A stretch of 24,000 nucleotides of DNA from Atopobacter sp. AH10 (GCF_003664595.1 NZ_QXPZ01000012.1:11274-35273); one strand, 5' to 3'. Positions 1 through 9,133 are shown, counted from the stretch's first letter. Notes: generated from the sequence alone by a model not told the origin. A program made the numbers and translations.

Positions 1-1
1 T

Positions 2-775
2 GCGGGGTCATTTGAAATGGGGGGCGCCGCTTTGATGGCAGCCAAGTCCTGTCTATATAGTGGGGCAGGATTGGTAACTTTGGCGACTGATAAAGAAAAT
101 ATTCCAGTAGCACATGCTAGCCTTCCTGAAATTATGGGATTAGATTATCAGGATTCAGGTCTTTTAAAAAAGGCTATTGAAAAAGCAGATACGGTTCTCA
201 TTGGACCGGGTTTAGGCAGAACAGCTTTTGCAAAATCATTGTTCACATGCTGTTTACAGCAGATAACTCAGAAACAAAAGCTGGTGATTGATGCGGATGC
301 TTTGACACTGCTTTCCTTTATGATAAAAAGAGGAGAAGATTATCCCCTAAGAGCAGCTATGACTGTTTTAACACCACATGCTAAAGAATGGGAACGTTTA
401 TCTGGTCTTTCTCTTAGCGAACAATTAGATAAAAATAATCAGGCAGTTTATAAAGAAATATTTCCTTCCACAACTTATGTCCTTGTTAAGTCACACGAAT
501 CTAGACTTTATCACGATAGTGATCCTGTCGTTCATGTAAAGATAGGAAACCCAGGGATGGCGATAGCTGGGATGGGAGATACCTTAAGTGGAATTGTAGC
601 TGCTTTCATTAGTCAAAAATCCTATTTACATCCTACTGATGCTGTCACAGATGCAATATTTTTACACAGCTATATTGGAGATATTCTTGCTCAAAGTCAA
701 TATATTGTTCTGCCTAGCCGGCTGAGTGAACTTATTCCAGAAACCATTCATCATCTGCTAAGTCAAAAGATTTGA
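2..775 (+). CDS. nnrD: ADP-dependent NAD(P)H-hydrate dehydratase, C-terminal part (5' end outside window)
   Basis: Frame is open upstream of the listed ATG, reading AGSFEMGGAALMAAKSCLYSGAGLVTL. Motifs typical of the carbohydrate-kinase-like family: VLIGPGLGR, VIDADAL, VLTPHAKEWERL, GNPGMAIAGMGDTLSGIVAAFI. Confidence 0.9.
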   Translation, partial: AGSFEMGGAALMAAKSCLYSGAGLVTLATDKENIPVAHASLPEIMGLDYQDSGLLKKAIEKADTVLIGPGLGRTAFAKSLFTCCLQQITQKQKLVIDADALTLLSFMIKRGEDYPLRAAMTVLTPHAKEWERLSGLSLSEQLDKNNQAVYKEIFPSTTYVLVKSHESRLYHDSDPVVHVKIGNPGMAIAGMGDTLSGIVAAFISQKSYLHPTDAVTDAIFLHSYIGDILAQSQYIVLPSRLSELIPETIHHLLSQKI

Positions 776-2225
776 CTTCATCTGTTTTCGTATCAACTTC
801 CCTATCGTCTTTTTCTTCCTTTTTCTGCTTATTTTTACTAGTTTTAGTGTAGAGTATTAGCCCTATTGCGCATAAGGAGAGGCCAATGGTAGAAAGGCGC
901 AAAATTTTTTCACCTGTTTTAGGGAGTAAGCGAGAGATAGTACTAGCTAGGCCGTGCTTCTTACTGTCAGTCTTTTGCTTTTCTTGGCTTTCAGTTTTCA
1001 TTGGGGATATGCCTGGATTAGGTCTAGAAGAAATATCTTCGATATCATCAGTAGGAGATGAAGGATTATAGTCTTCAGTATCATTCTTTTCTTTACTTAG
1101 ATCCTGCTCTTTAGTCGAAGAATTATCTGTTTTTTCCCCTTTTTCTTGCTTTTGCTGTTTTTTTTGTTCTCTAGCAAGATTTTCTTCTTTTTTACTGTTA
1201 ATCTTTTCCTCGTCTTGAACTTTGGAAAGATTTTCCTTATTTTTAGCCATCTCTTTACTTACTTGACTGTTTTTATTTTGAGATTTTTTATAGATATGTG
1301 GTAACTGAGGGCTAGCTCCAGAAGTATTTTTTCTAGATAAAGAGGGATCATTCATCTCAAGAGACCCAATAGAGTCTGCATGGGATTCTTTCATTCTTTC
1401 TGTAGTAGGCTCCTTTTCATTATCTTTTTCATTTCTGCCCTCTTGGGATTTTTCTAAAGTAGGCTTATGATGAGCTACTGATTCTTGCTCTTTTTGAGTC
1501 GTCTCACTAGTTGAGGGTTCTTTTTGACCCTCACTATTTTTCATTGAACCATCTAGCAGTGTTTTATTAAATATCAGGCGCATGGTGGAAAAATTGCTCG
1601 TATAATATTCACTTGCTTGACCATTGATACATATTTGGTAAATTTTTCGATCTTCAGCTTTCGTTTTAAAACAGACACAGCCATTTTGGTCAGTAGTCAA
1701 TTCTTGGCTACTTTCATCCGCTAAGAGGCTTACCCCTTGCCCTTTTAGGGGGTTAAGATCGGTGTCAATGAGTTGAAGGCGAATTTCATTAACGGGCTCC
1801 TTAGCAAGTAATAATTTACCTTTACTTTTTTGAACGATTTCCTCTTCTTTTAAAACAACTTTTTCGATCCATTGGGTAGGAGTTTCACTTTCGACTTGCA
1901 AGGGGTAATTCTGACCATTAATGGCTATACCATAGCGATGATGATAGAGTAAGCCATTTTCTTTGTTAAAGCGCACACAACCTTCCTGGTCTGTCCTTAA
2001 ACTGGCAACGATAGGTAATTGCTCCTTTTCTAAATCTAACAGATCAACCTTTTGATGGGGGAGAGCAAAGCCTGATTCCGATTCAACTAGCACCACTAAC
2101 TCTAAAACTGTTTGTTGAATGGGTGTCTGAGGCATATAATGAGTAGGTTTTTCTGCAAATAGTGGAGGGGTAAATCCGACAAAGAGAATAAGAGCAGTTA
2201 AAAGTCTAAAGCATAATTTTTTCAT
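732..2225 (-). CDS. LPXTG-anchored surface protein with two N-terminal Cna-B/prealbumin-like repeats and a long K/E/S-rich stalk
   Basis: Signal peptide MKKLCFRLLTALILFVGFTPPLFA; two similar blocks ending TDQEGCVRF...INGQNY and TDQNGCVCF...INGQASEY; low-complexity charged region; LPKTGE followed by hydrophobic ILRLSTIGLSLCAIGLILY. Confidence 0.82.
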   Translation of the reverse strand: MKKLCFRLLTALILFVGFTPPLFAEKPTHYMPQTPIQQTVLELVVLVESESGFALPHQKVDLLDLEKEQLPIVASLRTDQEGCVRFNKENGLLYHHRYGIAINGQNYPLQVESETPTQWIEKVVLKEEEIVQKSKGKLLLAKEPVNEIRLQLIDTDLNPLKGQGVSLLADESSQELTTDQNGCVCFKTKAEDRKIYQICINGQASEYYTSNFSTMRLIFNKTLLDGSMKNSEGQKEPSTSETTQKEQESVAHHKPTLEKSQEGRNEKDNEKEPTTERMKESHADSIGSLEMNDPSLSRKNTSGASPQLPHIYKKSQNKNSQVSKEMAKNKENLSKVQDEEKINSKKEENLAREQKKQQKQEKGEKTDNSSTKEQDLSKEKNDTEDYNPSSPTDDIEDISSRPNPGISPMKTESQEKQKTDSKKHGLASTISRLLPKTGEKILRLSTIGLSLCAIGLILYTKTSKNKQKKEEKDDREVDTKTDEVKSFDLADDEWFLE

Positions 2226-2322
2226 TTGACATACCTCTTTTCTTTTATTATGCTATTTCTAATACACGCAAATGAATTTCAAAATGATTAAGCAATTGCC
2301 CATTTTTTTAAGGAGGGAAAAC

Positions 2323-3759
2323 ATGTCCGATGCTATTGCTATAACCCATGCCATTAAAGATAAGGTCTATTCCCCAAAAGAAGTTGTCCAATATTATATT
2401 AACCAACTCAAAAAATATAATGAGATGTACAATGTTTTAGCAGATGAACGATTTGATGAGGCCCTAGAAGATGCTAAGCATGTCGATATTCATCGTCCTT
2501 TTGCCGGAGTTCCCATCCTCACAAAGGATCTCCACCAAAGTGTTAAGGGATTAAAGTCGTCCCAAGGATCTAAACTTTTAAAAGATAATATAGCACTAAA
2601 AGATGATTGTTTTGTGCAAAGACTCAAACAGCTTGGATTTATTATTTTAGCTTCCACATCCGTGCCTGAATTTGGCCTTAAATATGTCTCTGACAGTCAA
2701 CTTTATGGAACAGTTCATAATCCGCTCAATCCGTATTTTCATGCTGGGGGTTCTTCTGGAGGGGCAGCAAGTGCTGTAAAAGCTAATTTGATTCCCTTAG
2801 CGACAGCTAGTGATGCAGGTGGGTCAATTCGTGTGCCAGCTTCATTTTGTGGACTAGCAGGGCTTAAACCAAGTCGAGGGGCTATGCCAATTGGTCCTTT
2901 ACGTTGGAGAGCTTGGCAGGGGGCAGGGACTTCCTTTGCCTTAACCTCAAGTGTTCGAGATATGAAATTACTTTATTATCATCTTCAAGCCCAACAAATT
3001 GAATCGCCTTTTAAAGCCCAACGTCAATCTTATGCTCATTTATATGAAAGTCCTTTACAAGCTCCTTTGAAAATGGCCTATAGCTTGACGGACTATAAAG
3101 GGCATGCTTATGGCAGGGATGCACAAGAGGCTATCCTTGAAGCAGTGGAACTCTTAAGAAGTTTGGGCCATATTGTCGAAGAAGTCACATTCCCATTTCA
3201 GTCGAGGGAAGATTTGTTGCTGATGTATGGTCGCCTAATGGCAAGCGAAACTGCTGCAAGTTTTACTAGTATTGAAGAAAAAAGAGGCCGAGCAGTTCAA
3301 GTGGGAGAAGTTGAAGCTAGTAGCTATGTGATAGCTCGATATGGGATAACTATACCTGCCTATCAACTGTCTTTAGATATAAATCAATGGGATCAGCTAG
3401 CCGCTAAAGCTTGTCAATTCTTTACAGATTATGATGCCTTTATTTACCCATCTACTTCTGTTACAGCACCAGCTAGTCAAGAAAAATTCCCTAATGAGAA
3501 ACTTCTAACTGGAATCTCCTATGACGCTCTCTCTAATGATGACTATATCCGATTAGGGAAAGAAGCTATTCGCCAGATAACATCCTTAAGTCCACAAGCT
3601 TATTTAGCTAATATGACAGGTTTACCAGCGATTAGTCTGCCACTTTACAAAAATGCAGAATCTCATATGCCAATTGGGGTTGAATTTATGGCAGGTAAAA
3701 ATAAAGATAATCTGTTGCTCCTTTTAGCTGAAAGTCTAGAACCTTATTTTAAGAAGTGA
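2323..3759 (+). CDS. Amidase signature family protein
   Basis: Contains GGSSGGAASAVKANLIPLATASDAGGSIRVPASFCGLAGLKPSRG (amidase signature). Start placed at 2323, after AAGGAGGGAAAAC, rather than at 2272. Confidence 0.9.
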   Translation: MSDAIAITHAIKDKVYSPKEVVQYYINQLKKYNEMYNVLADERFDEALEDAKHVDIHRPFAGVPILTKDLHQSVKGLKSSQGSKLLKDNIALKDDCFVQRLKQLGFIILASTSVPEFGLKYVSDSQLYGTVHNPLNPYFHAGGSSGGAASAVKANLIPLATASDAGGSIRVPASFCGLAGLKPSRGAMPIGPLRWRAWQGAGTSFALTSSVRDMKLLYYHLQAQQIESPFKAQRQSYAHLYESPLQAPLKMAYSLTDYKGHAYGRDAQEAILEAVELLRSLGHIVEEVTFPFQSREDLLLMYGRLMASETAASFTSIEEKRGRAVQVGEVEASSYVIARYGITIPAYQLSLDINQWDQLAAKACQFFTDYDAFIYPSTSVTAPASQEKFPNEKLLTGISYDALSNDDYIRLGKEAIRQITSLSPQAYLANMTGLPAISLPLYKNAESHMPIGVEFMAGKNKDNLLLLLAESLEPYFKK

Positions 3760-3763
3760 TAAC

Positions 3764-4252
3764 ATGTCAAAGAAAAAACAAATCAAAAAAACAAACGCTC
3801 TACGTCATTTAGACGATGCAGGTATTTCTTATGAGGTCACATCATTTGATGTGCCAGAAGAACATATAGATGCTGTGAAAATGAGTGAACTGAATCATTT
3901 ACCAGTTGAACAGGTTTTTAAAACCATTGTCTTAGAAGCAGAAAGAGGGGATTACCTAGTAGCTTGTATCCCTAGCTATGCTTCCATTAATTTAAAAAAA
4001 GTGGCAAGTTTAAGTGGTCATAAGAAATTAGAACTCCTAGCTCTAAAAGATTTAACCAAAGTAACTGGTTATGTTCGTGGCGGATGTTCACCTATTGGGA
4101 TGAAAAAACTCTTCAAGACTTATGTGGATGAATCCGCTCTAAACTACGATAAAATTTATGTCTCTGCAGGAAAAAGAGGGATGCAAGTCTCCTTAGCTCC
4201 TCAAGACTTGTTGACTATTTGCCAGGCTTCAAGCGCCGCTTTGTGTCAATAG
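3764..4252 (+). CDS. ybaK: YbaK/EbsC family protein, Cys-tRNA(Pro) deacylase-like
   Basis: 162 aa with family-typical features: VEQVFKTIVLEA, YLVACIPSYASINLKKVA, GYVRGGCSPIGMKK, VSAGKRGMQVSLAPQDLL. Follows the amidase by 4 nt. Confidence 0.88.
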   Translation: MSKKKQIKKTNALRHLDDAGISYEVTSFDVPEEHIDAVKMSELNHLPVEQVFKTIVLEAERGDYLVACIPSYASINLKKVASLSGHKKLELLALKDLTKVTGYVRGGCSPIGMKKLFKTYVDESALNYDKIYVSAGKRGMQVSLAPQDLLTICQASSAALCQ

Positions 4253-4343
4253 AGTATTTTAGAAGTAAGTTGTTCTATTCATGAAAAATTCGATCATTAT
4301 ATTCTGAAAAAAACGACTATTTTTTCCTTTTACATCAAAAAGT

Positions 4344-4370
4344 TTGTGAGAATATGCTGTTTTCCCACAA
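4344..4370. other. Imperfect inverted repeat TTGTGAGAA-N9-TTCCCACAA
   Basis: 9-bp arms with one mismatch in the intergenic region downstream of the ybaK-like gene. No T-run follows. Confidence 0.4.
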
Positions 4371-4402
4371 GCGGCTATACACTATATATTAAGGAGCCTT
4401 TC

Positions 4403-4431
4403 TTGACAATTCATGAATTGCTCCTTATAAT
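4403..4431 (+). promoter_or_regulatory. Consensus sigma-A-type promoter for fchA-fhs: TTGACA-N17-TATAAT
   Basis: TTGACA at 4403-4408 and TATAAT at 4426-4431 with exactly 17 nt between. CAATTCATGAATTG (4407-4420) is a perfect palindrome overlapping the -35 and the spacer. Confidence 0.85.
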
Positions 4432-4582
4432 TAATCCAGAAGTGTAAACGTTGTCAATCTTGATACCAAAAAGAAGGGAGGGGAAAGTATTTCAGTTTAA
4501 CTTTCACAAATTCCTAGAATAAAAAAAATCAAGGATCGCTTTATCCTAAATGAGCAAGAGGTCTTAATCGAAGGAGGAAGGA

Positions 4583-5218
4583 ATGCAACTTTCAAAAATG
4601 GATATTTCCGAATTTATTCAATTGCTTTCTAGTAATGCTCCGGCACCAGGAGGCGGTGCAGCAACAGCTTTAACTGGAGCAACAGGTATTTCTTTGACCA
4701 AAATGGTTAGTGAACTGACAGTCGGGAAGAAAAAATATGCTGACTATCAAGAAGTGAATGAGCAAGCTATTATCAAGTGTCAGGAATTACAAGATCGTTT
4801 ACTCTTAGCTATTGATCAAGATAGAGAAGCTTTTTCAGAAGTTGCAAAGGTCTTTTCTTTACCTAAGACGACTGATGAAGAGAAAGCTTTTAGAAAAAGT
4901 GAAATGCAAAAGGCTTTAAAAATAGCCATCCAGCCACCTTTATTAACCTTACAGGCGGTATATGAAGCTATAGAAATTACCCAAACAATTGTTTTTAAAT
5001 CTAACCCTTCTGTAGCAAGTGATATTGGAGTAGCAGCCCATCAGTTAAAAGCTGCTTTAGAAGCTTCATTGATTAATGTTGAAGTAAACCTCCATATGAT
5101 AAAAGATCAGTCTTATGTCGACGAATGCCGTCAAAAGAGCCATGAACTACACCAAAGAGGTCTCAAAATGGTAGAACAAATCATTCGAGACATCAATCAA
5201 CAAATTATAGGCGATTAG
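4583..5218 (+). CDS. fchA: Cyclodeaminase/cyclohydrolase family protein (FchA/FTCD C-terminal domain-like, probable methenyltetrahydrofolate cyclohydrolase)
   Basis: N-terminal SKMDISEFIQLLSSNAPAPGGGAATALTGATG is typical; strong RBS GAAGGAGGAAGG; immediately upstream of fhs. Confidence 0.88.
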   Translation: MQLSKMDISEFIQLLSSNAPAPGGGAATALTGATGISLTKMVSELTVGKKKYADYQEVNEQAIIKCQELQDRLLLAIDQDREAFSEVAKVFSLPKTTDEEKAFRKSEMQKALKIAIQPPLLTLQAVYEAIEITQTIVFKSNPSVASDIGVAAHQLKAALEASLINVEVNLHMIKDQSYVDECRQKSHELHQRGLKMVEQIIRDINQQIIGD

Positions 5219-5263
5219 CTTAGTTTTATGATCAACAAAATGAACAATAAAGGAGTTGTTTGC

Positions 5264-6937
5264 ATGCCAAAAACAGATATCGAAATCGCAAATTCTGTAG
5301 AAATGAAACCCATTCAAGAGATTGCTCATCTCATCAATATTAAAGAAGATGACCTCACCTTGTATGGCCGTTATAAAGCTAAGGTGGACATGACTAGCTT
5401 AAAGTCTTTGAAAGATAAAAAAGATGGTAAGCTTATCCTCGTCACGGCTATTTCTCCAACTCCTGCAGGTGAAGGTAAAACAACCACTTCAGTTGGCTTG
5501 GTAGATTCATTAAACAAACTAGGTAAAAATGCCGTTATTTGCGTGCGCGAACCTTCCCTTGGACCAGTATTTGGTGTTAAAGGTGGGGCAGCTGGTGGAG
5601 GCTACGCTCAAGTTGTCCCAATGGAAGATATCAACTTGCACTTTACTGGAGACTTTCATGCTATTGGTATTGCCAATAATTTGTTAGCCGCTTTAATCGA
5701 TAATCATATTCATCATGGCAATGCCCTTCAAATCGATGCACGTAATATTACTTGGAAACGTGTGGTAGATATGAATGATCGACAATTACGTTATGTTGTT
5801 GATGGCTTACAAGGACGTAGCAATGGGGTGCCAAGAGAAGACGGTTTTGATATCACTGTTGCTTCTGAAGTCATGGCGATTCTTTGCTTGGCTAACGATT
5901 TACGTGATTTAAAAGAACGTTTGGGCAAAATTATTATTGGTTACAACTTTAATGGAGAACCAGTAACTGCTCATGACTTAAAAGCTGAAGGTGCTATGGC
6001 AGCTGTCTTAAAAGATGCTATCCATCCTAATTTGGTACAAACTTTGGAACATTCACCAGCCTTAATTCATGGTGGACCTTTTGCCAATATTGCCCATGGC
6101 TGTAATTCAGTTATTGCGACAAAACTTGGCTTGAAGTATGGTGACTACACAGTAACTGAAGCAGGATTTGGTGCAGATTTAGGGGCTGAAAAGTTTATTG
6201 ATATTAAATGTCGGAAGGCTGGCATTAAACCAGATGCCTGCGTTCTTGTAGCGACTATTCGTGCTCTTAAGATGCATGGTGGAGTCGCTAAGAATGATTT
6301 AGGGCCAGAAAATGTAGAGGCAGTTAAGGCAGGGATGCCGAACTTAATCCGTCATTTAGATAATATGAAGAATGTCTTTGGTTTACCAACCGTTGTCGCT
6401 ATTAATAAATTCCCAACGGATACAGATGCTGAAATAAAAGCTGTAGAAGAAGCTTGCCATGAACTCGGTGCCGATGTAGTTTTATCCGAAGTTTGGGGTA
6501 AGGGAAGCGAAGGTGGCTTAGACCTTGCTAAAAAGGTCGTTGAACTAGCAGAAGAAAATAGCGAATTGCATTTTGTCTATGATGATGAAGACTCCATTCA
6601 AGACAAATTGGACAAGATCGTTCAAAAAATTTATCGTGGGAAAAAGGCTAAATTAAGTGCTCCAGCACGTAAGCAAATGAAGAAATTAGAAGAGTTGGGC
6701 TTTGGGCATCTCCCTATTTGTATGGCTAAGACGCAATTCTCCTTCTCTGATAACAAGAATAAGATTAATGCACCTGAAAACTTTGATATTACCATTAAAG
6801 AATTAAAGGTTTCTGCAGGGGCAGGTTTCATTGTTGCTTTGTCAGGAGCCATCATGACCATGCCTGGCTTACCAAAATCTCCAGCTTCTGAACGTATAGA
6901 CATTGACGATGAAGGGCATATTACAGGCCTCTTTTAG
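5264..6937 (+). CDS. fhs: Formate--tetrahydrofolate ligase
   Basis: Motifs [86 protein letters not shown]. Start at 5264, after AAAGGAGTTGTTTGC. Confidence 0.97.
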   Translation: MPKTDIEIANSVEMKPIQEIAHLINIKEDDLTLYGRYKAKVDMTSLKSLKDKKDGKLILVTAISPTPAGEGKTTTSVGLVDSLNKLGKNAVICVREPSLGPVFGVKGGAAGGGYAQVVPMEDINLHFTGDFHAIGIANNLLAALIDNHIHHGNALQIDARNITWKRVVDMNDRQLRYVVDGLQGRSNGVPREDGFDITVASEVMAILCLANDLRDLKERLGKIIIGYNFNGEPVTAHDLKAEGAMAAVLKDAIHPNLVQTLEHSPALIHGGPFANIAHGCNSVIATKLGLKYGDYTVTEAGFGADLGAEKFIDIKCRKAGIKPDACVLVATIRALKMHGGVAKNDLGPENVEAVKAGMPNLIRHLDNMKNVFGLPTVVAINKFPTDTDAEIKAVEEACHELGADVVLSEVWGKGSEGGLDLAKKVVELAEENSELHFVYDDEDSIQDKLDKIVQKIYRGKKAKLSAPARKQMKKLEELGFGHLPICMAKTQFSFSDNKNKINAPENFDITIKELKVSAGAGFIVALSGAIMTMPGLPKSPASERIDIDDEGHITGLF

Positions 6938-6962
6938 TCATTAATAGATGAGATATAACCTT

Positions 6963-6994
6963 AACAAGCACACTTTTAAAGATGTGCTTGTTTT
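6963..6994 (+). terminator. Rho-independent terminator after fhs
   Basis: AACAAGCACA-N10-TGTGCTTGTT followed by TT. Confidence 0.85.
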
Positions 6995-7050
6995 GGCTTG
7001 AATACGGGATGAAAAAGATATTAGTAAAGTCATTAAAAGAGAGGCGTAAG

Positions 7051-7749
7051 ATGATTTTTTTAGGAACGATAGTAGATTGCTTGTCTGTTTTACTGATGGG
7101 TTTCGCCGGTCGTTTTTTTGGGCATCTTCTCACCGAATCCATGAAAAAGATTGGCATGCAAAGTATTGCTTTGGTCGTCATTTACTATGGAATTAAAGAA
7201 GCCATGACAACAAAGAGCCTTCTCGTTCTCATTCTATCCTTGATGATTGGAGGCCTTTTAGGTGAACTATGCAAATTAGATCAAAAAATTGAGATATTTA
7301 GTCAGTGGTTTGGACATTTAATGTCAAAGACTACTAAATCTTCAAATTTTAGTCAAGGTTTTGTGTCCATGACTATGATCTCTTGTATAGGGGCAATGAC
7401 AATTATTGGGGCTTTTCAGAGTGGGATTGATGGGAAACATTCAATATTGCTTTCTAAGGCCATAATGGATGGATTGGTGGCCTTTATTATGGGATCGAGT
7501 ATGGGCTTAAGTGTTTCATGCGCTTCCCTGCCTTTACTGATATACGAGGGTGGTTTTACCTTGTTGGCTTTTCTACTGAAAGGCAGCTTGAGTCCTGAAG
7601 TGGTTACAGAAATTTCAGCGGTAGGTTCTTTGCTTATTCTTGGTTTAGGATTGAATGTTCTTGAAGTGACACATATTAAAATGGCTAGTTTTTTACCAGC
7701 CCCTTTTATCCCAATGATACTTGTGCCAATATTACAGAGTTTGAAGTAA
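7051..7749 (+). CDS. DUF554 family integral membrane protein
   Basis: MIFLGTIVDCLSVLLMGFAGRFFG..., several hydrophobic segments, GLLGELCKLD and TIIGAFQSGIDG. Start set at 7051 (GAGAGGCGTAAGATG) because the ORF-track start at 6982 lies in the fhs terminator. Confidence 0.83.
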   Translation: MIFLGTIVDCLSVLLMGFAGRFFGHLLTESMKKIGMQSIALVVIYYGIKEAMTTKSLLVLILSLMIGGLLGELCKLDQKIEIFSQWFGHLMSKTTKSSNFSQGFVSMTMISCIGAMTIIGAFQSGIDGKHSILLSKAIMDGLVAFIMGSSMGLSVSCASLPLLIYEGGFTLLAFLLKGSLSPEVVTEISAVGSLLILGLGLNVLEVTHIKMASFLPAPFIPMILVPILQSLK

Positions 7750-7851
7750 AGACAACTATTTTCTATTTTTAGGGCAAACTTGTCGATCCTTTTGAAGGAT
7801 ATTAAGAGCAATACCTTTATTGAGTAAGTAATATTTTTATCAATTAAGTTG

Positions 7852-7884
7852 AAAGATCACTCTTTTTGAGGGTGATCTTTTATG
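7852..7884. terminator. Probable terminator after the DUF554 gene
   Basis: AAAGATCAC-N11-GTGATCTTT followed by a short T tract. Confidence 0.7.
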
Positions 7885-7918
7885 AATCAATAGCTTAGAT
7901 CGAAAATTTTATAAGAGG

Positions 7919-7963
7919 AATTTTCTACTATCTATGTCTAGTAGTTATATCTGCTAGAAAATT
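7919..7963. other. Nested competing inverted repeats upstream of the M42 peptidase gene
   Basis: Outer arms AATTTTCTA (7919-7927) and TAGAAAATT (7955-7963). Alternative hairpin CTACTA (7925-7930) with TAGTAG (7939-7944) reuses part of the outer arm. Confidence 0.5.
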
Positions 7964-8042
7964 AATACATCTTTTAATTAATGAAAAAAAGGGTAAAATA
8001 GAAGATAGAATAGACAAGGACAATAGGGAGGATGGTTAAACC

Positions 8043-9122
8043 ATGTCAAAAGAACTATTAGCTAATCTATCTGATGCATTTGGTGTTTCTGGTTATGAAA
8101 AGGAAGTTGCTGAAGTAGCTAAAAATTATCTCAAAAGCGATGCTCTCTTTCATATGGACAAAATAGGCAATCTCTATATAAAAAGTAAACACACAAGTGA
8201 TAAAAAAGAAAAAAGGCCTTTAAAAGTTTTATTTGATGCTCACCAAGATGAAGTCGGTTTTGTTATACAAGCCATTCGTCCTAACGGCATGTTGGATTTC
8301 CTAAAAGTAGGGGGATGGGTGGTTTCTAACGTTCCTGCCCATACGGTGATTATTAAGACACATACAGGGCGCAAAATTAAGGGTGTAATAGCTAGTACAC
8401 CTCCACATTTCATGACAGAAACCGAACGAAAACAAGCCCTTTCTTTTGATAAATTAGTTATCGATGTTGGTACAAGCTCAAAGGAAGAAACAGAATCTTT
8501 AGGTATAGAGATAGGAGATCCAGTTGTACCTGATGTGCGTTTTGAAATGCTTAATGATAACTTGTGCCTAGGAAAAGCCTTTGATTGCCGAATTGGTTGT
8601 GCTTGCCTCTTGGAAACCTTTAAAGATTTTTATAGCAATGAGAAGCGAAATAGAGAGATTGAGATCGAGGCCATTTTGACAACTCAAGAAGAAATTGGTG
8701 AAAGAGGGTCTACTGTAGCTGCACAAAATACAGATGCTGATATTGCTATTATTTTTGAAGGTTGCCCTGCTGATGATACATTTACAGAAGCTTATAAGAT
8801 CCAAACAGCACTTGGTAAGGGGCCAATGTTAAGACATCATGATGTCTCCATGATTACGCATCCAGGCTTTCAACGATTAGCAATTGATACTGCAACTGAA
8901 TTTGATTTGCCGATTCAACGCTCAGTACGGTCTGGTGGCGGAACCAATGGAGCTTCGTATTCCTTATCTAAAAAAGCTATTCCTTGTATTGTTATAGGAA
9001 TACCTGTGAGATATGCCCATACGCATTATTGCTATAGCGATTATCGTGATTTGCTAGTCGCTAAGGAATTAAGCCTCCGTATTTTAGAAAAACTTAATCA
9101 AGAAGTCTTTGATAAGCTATAA
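8043..9122 (+). CDS. M42 family metallopeptidase (glutamyl aminopeptidase/endoglucanase family)
   Basis: Motifs FDAHQDEVGF, KAFDCRIG, TTQEEIGERGSTVAA, IFEGCPADD, GIPVRYAHTHYCYSDYRDL. RBS AGGGAGGATGG. Confidence 0.93.
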   Translation: MSKELLANLSDAFGVSGYEKEVAEVAKNYLKSDALFHMDKIGNLYIKSKHTSDKKEKRPLKVLFDAHQDEVGFVIQAIRPNGMLDFLKVGGWVVSNVPAHTVIIKTHTGRKIKGVIASTPPHFMTETERKQALSFDKLVIDVGTSSKEETESLGIEIGDPVVPDVRFEMLNDNLCLGKAFDCRIGCACLLETFKDFYSNEKRNREIEIEAILTTQEEIGERGSTVAAQNTDADIAIIFEGCPADDTFTEAYKIQTALGKGPMLRHHDVSMITHPGFQRLAIDTATEFDLPIQRSVRSGGGTNGASYSLSKKAIPCIVIGIPVRYAHTHYCYSDYRDLLVAKELSLRILEKLNQEVFDKL

Positions 9123-9133
9123 ATAAACAAATG

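Noticed and set aside
886-1071. 61-aa ORF on the + strand inside the LPXTG gene
   Set aside because: Antisense to a well-supported low-complexity coding region, with no RBS and no domain-like composition.
4438-4582. Possible ZTP (pfl) or THF riboswitch in the fchA leader
   Set aside because: The biology fits, but I could not find the conserved landmarks such as the CCGCCUGG-type pseudoknot segment of the pfl motif. A covariance-model search would be decisive.
5147-5329. 60-aa minus-strand ORF across the fchA/fhs junction
   Set aside because: Antisense to two confident genes. It is a spurious open frame.
6631-7181. Minus-strand ORFs 6631-6903 and 6921-7181
   Set aside because: Antisense to fhs and to the terminator/DUF554 start. 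Composition looks like translated complement.
7416-7811. 131-aa minus-strand ORF
   Set aside because: Antisense to the DUF554 gene; no RBS or homology features.
8568-8804. 78-aa minus-strand ORF
   Set aside because: Lies within the M42 peptidase coding sequence and is antisense to conserved catalytic motifs.
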